A stretch of DNA of 63,339 nt, filler included, from Saprolegnia diclina VS20 (lineage: Eukaryota), in assembly GCF_000281045.1 (NCBI RefSeq). It is 5 parts of 2 records of this genome, joined end to end, with 100 filler letters (N's around TTAATTAATTAA, not from the genome) between each part and the next. Parts side by side here need not be neighbours in the genome. Positions count along the whole stretch, not along the records: positions 46,149 to 61,313 come from NW_008246098.1; positions 61,414 to 63,339 come from NW_008246099.1; 3 more parts are not named here. One strand, written 5' to 3'. The notes under the pieces are model-generated. The model ran no database searches and was not told the DNA's origin. It saw only the letters and a list, made by a program, of their open reading frames with translations. The translations under genes and the position numbers were made by a program. Positions 59,995 to 63,339 of this stretch are shown here, one piece after another; within the stretch, counting starts at the first letter, position 1, and each line of letters opens with the position of its first letter.

Positions 59995-61312
59995 TCATGG
60001 TGTATAATCGTCGGTGGTTAAGCGCTGTTTCTTTGCGGGCGGCGATACATTTTTGCCGTGCTCCAAGAACTCGACGAGCGCAACGAACTGCAGCGCGCTC
60101 TTTTTCAGCACCCGGACAACGTCCACGCCACTGGCATCGAGGAATCGCAGCAGCGACACATGGCCGCGCCGAATGGCGCCGCCCACGGCGCTCTCCGAGC
60201 ATGTCATGCCTACAACCTCGTACAGATAGCGCACGACCTCGAGATGACCGTGCTCCATGGCGCCGTCCAATGCCGTAGGCGAGCACCCTTCGGTTCGGTG
60301 CGTGTGCAAATACGCCACGAGGTCGACGTTGCCCGCTTTCGCGGCTAGGTCCGTGACGCGGGAGGTCCATTGACCGAGTCCTTGTTCGTGGAGGTAGCGG
60401 ATAACGTTCAAGTGCCCGCCGCGCGCCGCGCGCTCGGTCGCATCCGCCAGCAATGGTACGTTCATGACGCTGTGCAAATACCGCACCACGCGATCGTGGC
60501 CCCCCATGGCAGCCCACGCCAATGCATACGGGGATGCGGTTCCGTTGCAATGGCCGTGCACGAAGACGACGACGTGCAAGTGGCCGTTTCCAGCAGCCCC
60601 GTCGATCGCACTCGTCGAGCAGCCTTCGGTCCGGTGGTCTCTTAGAAACTGAACGACCGACAGATGGCCGTTGGTCGCGGCGCCGTCCATGGCTGCTTTG
60701 GAGCACGTAAAATACCCGGCAGCGTGCAGCAACGTGACAAGGTCGAGCCGGCCGAGCCGCGCACACGTGTCCATGTACTCGTGGGACCAGATCTGGACCG
60801 GATGCAATAGTTCAATAACGGCACCGTGTCCGCCCGTGACGGCCGCGACCATGACCGACACGGGCAAAACGCGTGCCGGGTGCGTCGTGCGCTCGTGTGC
60901 GAGCAATTGTTGACAACAAGCGAGATGGCCGTGCTTGGCGGCCAGCTCAAGCGCCTTGGTCGACGAGATCCCATTGGCCAAAAGGTACGCAACGATGTGA
61001 CAGTGCCCGCGGCGCGCAGCTGCCGCGAGCGCGCTTTCCAGTCGTTTGTCTGGGAACATTTCGTGAAGAAACTGGAGTATGTCGAGGTAGCCGTCAGCAG
61101 CCGGGTGGTCCAAAAGGTCGGGACAGCCGTCGTAGCCTTCTCCAACCAAGTAGACAATCATGTCGTAGTGACCATACTTGGCAGCGAACTCGAGGACATC
61201 TTCGGTTTGCAGTAAAGTTGTTTCTTCGTGCAGAAAGCGGACGATCGGCAGATGCCCACTCTTGATGGCGGCCTCAACGTAGGCTGCAAACGGTCGCGGC
61301 CGCTCCGCGTAG
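59995..61312 (-). CDS. Ankyrin-repeat protein, tandem paralog of 57929-59649 (5' end in gap)
   Basis: Frame stays open to the gap at 61313; shares IWSHEYMDT, VLPVSVMVAAV; ends PPAKKQRLTTDDYTP*. Confidence 0.85.
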
Positions 61313-61715
61313 ANNNNNNNNNNNNNNNNNNNNNNNNNNNNNNNNNNNNNNNNNNNNTTAATTAATTAANNNNNNNNNNNNNNNNNNNNNNNNNNNNNNN
61401 NNNNNNNNNNNNNCTACTTGCGGAAGCGGTGACGCCAATACCCTCGCCGCTGCCAAGACCGCCTTTGCAGCTGACACGTCCGCGTGGTTGGCTGCATTCA
61501 ACAGCTAGTGGTGCACACTTAGTACCCGTGCTTTCCTTTAGGCTATGCATACAAACATTATTAGGAGTGTATGTTTATATAACACGCAGATGGTCTACAC
61601 CGACGACTCCAATGCAAAATACCCTATTATTCTTTGCTGGTACTATTGTTGCTGCTGTTCGTCCGGAAAACTAGGGTTAGGTTCATAACTAGGGTTCGGG
61701 TTTTAGCAAGTAAAT

Positions 61716-63072
61716 TCAATCGTGTTTTCGTACTAAGTTATTGATCGCTGTGAACTGCGACATAAGGGACATGCGTTGCGGACTCTGCCACCCGACAAAG
61801 TCGAGCACATGCACCTCGAGGTCCGTCGCACTGGTCGCATCTGCCCATGACGCGTCGTCGTCATCGGCGTCATCCCCATTCTCATCGTCGTCATCTTCTA
61901 CTTGGGTTCGAGTACAGTGGGGGGATTGGCTACGGTCACAGACAATGTGTCCACTTTGAAAACGACATACTTTGTCAGACACAACGTACGCGACAGCTTC
62001 ATTGCGCGGCGGCACTCGAACTATGCGTCGTGGCCGGTACCCTAACCTCCACCTCAGAAATCATTTCAATTTGTGTCAAGCCACCTGAGGGCGGCGCCGG
62101 CGGACGCTTGATGAACGTGACGTATTCCATGTGGTCGACGTCGACGCCGTACATGGCGCTCCAGTGCTCGAGCTTGCGCTTGAGCGCGGCGGGCACGGCC
62201 GTAATAGCGTGACCCGCGCCGGGCGACAAGAGCATCTCGACGCTCTTGCCGTTGATCGACGAATGCGACTCTTGGCGGCACTTGAGCTTGTTTGCAATGT
62301 CATGGAGCTTGTTGACTTTCTGCACGAGGGGGCTGGCGGACGAGTGTCGCTTGGGAAGCGCCGGGATCGCCTTGGGCTTCTCGGGCGCCTTGATAGGCGT
62401 CATGTCGAGCGTCCGGCGCGTCGTCGAGGCCGCAAAATCCATCTTGATGGCCTGAAAGTACGACGGATCGTTGAAGAGCATCTTCCACCTGCAGATGTCG
62501 GCGATTCCATCTATCCCATTGCGCGAGAATGTACCGTTCGTGGCACTGCCGCCCGCTCTTGTGCGGAAAGTGCGAGCCGATTTCGTTCCAGTTCTTCGTG
62601 CCGAGGCCGTACACAAGCGCCAACAGCTTCTTGTCGTCCTACACAATGCTAGCTGGAAGATGCTTCTTACGGCGGTCGCGTTCGCACCTCTGGCGGCCAG
62701 TAGCTTTTGCCACTTGTCGCGGCGCTCTACATAGACCGAGTCAATGCTATCCAAGGCTCGCTTGGATCGTCGCCTACGTGTTGCTTCTCATGCTTGGCCA
62801 TGGTCCTATTTGGTGTCATCATGAGGCGCAGGCCAGAGCAATCGCGTCGTCCGACCTCGCCGTCGTTTTGCGCTCGCTGGGCCCACACACGCCGGGTGGC
62901 GGCCAGTTTTCCTTGTCGGCGCCTATCACTGCGCATGTTCGCCGTCCGGTGCTGTAGATAGATAGATAGATAGGGGTGGCGGCCAGTTTTCCTTGTCGGC
63001 GCCTATCACTGCGCATGTTCGCCGTCCGGTGCTGGACCATCGCGGCCTCGTACCCCGCGCCTGCATGTCCAT
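61716..63072 (-). CDS. Single-repeat Myb/SANT protein with N-terminal KEN box and acidic tail (multi-exon; 3' end uncertain, may stop at 61999)
   Basis: Spliced KSYWPPE-DDKKLLALVYGLGTKNWNEIGSHFPHKSGRQCHER-WKML; ADKENWPPP; DDDDENGDDADDDD. Confidence 0.75.
62894..63034. repeat. Exact 61-bp direct duplication separated by a 19-nt (TAGA)n microsatellite
   Basis: 62894-62954 equals 62974-63034; spacer tagatagatagatagatag. Confidence 0.95.
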
Positions 63073-63339
63073 GGCCACGGCTTCTGCTCGCCGTCGCAAC
63101 GTCCAAAATGGCACTCCGTCTTTTTATTTACCCCGTCCATACAAACCCCAAGCTTGGATTTGCGGGCTCGGTGCTGGATACGGGCTCGTTTATCCGAACG
63201 ATGGCGCGAAATTCAAAATCAGCTGGCCCGTCCCGCCCTTGCGGCGCGACTTGGCGCGCAAGCGGGCTCCTTACACCTTGTAGAAGGCCCAGATGGCTAC
63301 ACGAGTCCATCACGGCCGCTTTGCGGCCTTGGCGGTAAA

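Noticed and set aside
61670..61706. TAGGGTT telomere-like words (also ccctaaaccct in introns near 6329 and 14694)
   Set aside because: Only 2-3 imperfect units; not a telomeric array.
1..63339. CRISPR array, rRNA or prokaryotic operon/defence system
   Set aside because: The sequence is eukaryotic and spliced; no regularly spaced repeat-spacer array or rRNA-like sequence was seen.

Overview
Eukaryotic, GC-rich, intron-rich scaffold segment (GT-AG introns mostly about 45-90 nt), most consistent with a saprolegnian oomycete (Saprolegnia-like; inferred from gene families and Inr/FPR-type promoter motifs). It has N-gaps, four of which contain an artificial TTAATTAATTAA linker. About 23 protein-coding loci. 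The main observation is three paralogous ABCB-type half-transporters (5964-9685 -, 11434-15054 +, 49556-53299 -) whose N-terminal ~250 aa look like a VSP/TPTE/Hv1-type four-helix voltage-sensor-like domain followed by a degenerate EF-hand pair. Two copies form a head-to-head inverted pair with a 24-bp-arm hairpin near its axis and a near-identical TMD/NBD half. The third copy sits among 4-cysteine elicitin-like secreted/GPI genes. Other loci: a beta/gamma-crystallin receptor-like TKL kinase, a SAMHD1-like dNTPase, a CCDC171-like coiled-coil protein, an LRR protein, four apparently intronless ankyrin proteins, cytosolic GluRS with an N-terminal WHEP domain, a PX-like protein, a zinc-ribbon-DUF4326 protein, a multi-exon ankyrin-kinase, an all-helical orphan, a small basic protein and a KEN-box Myb protein with a frame-breaking 61-bp duplication. 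Two short 5'-truncated retroposed insertions each carry a 13-bp target-site duplication. All domain calls come from manual motif recognition, not database searches, and exon boundaries are hand-predicted.
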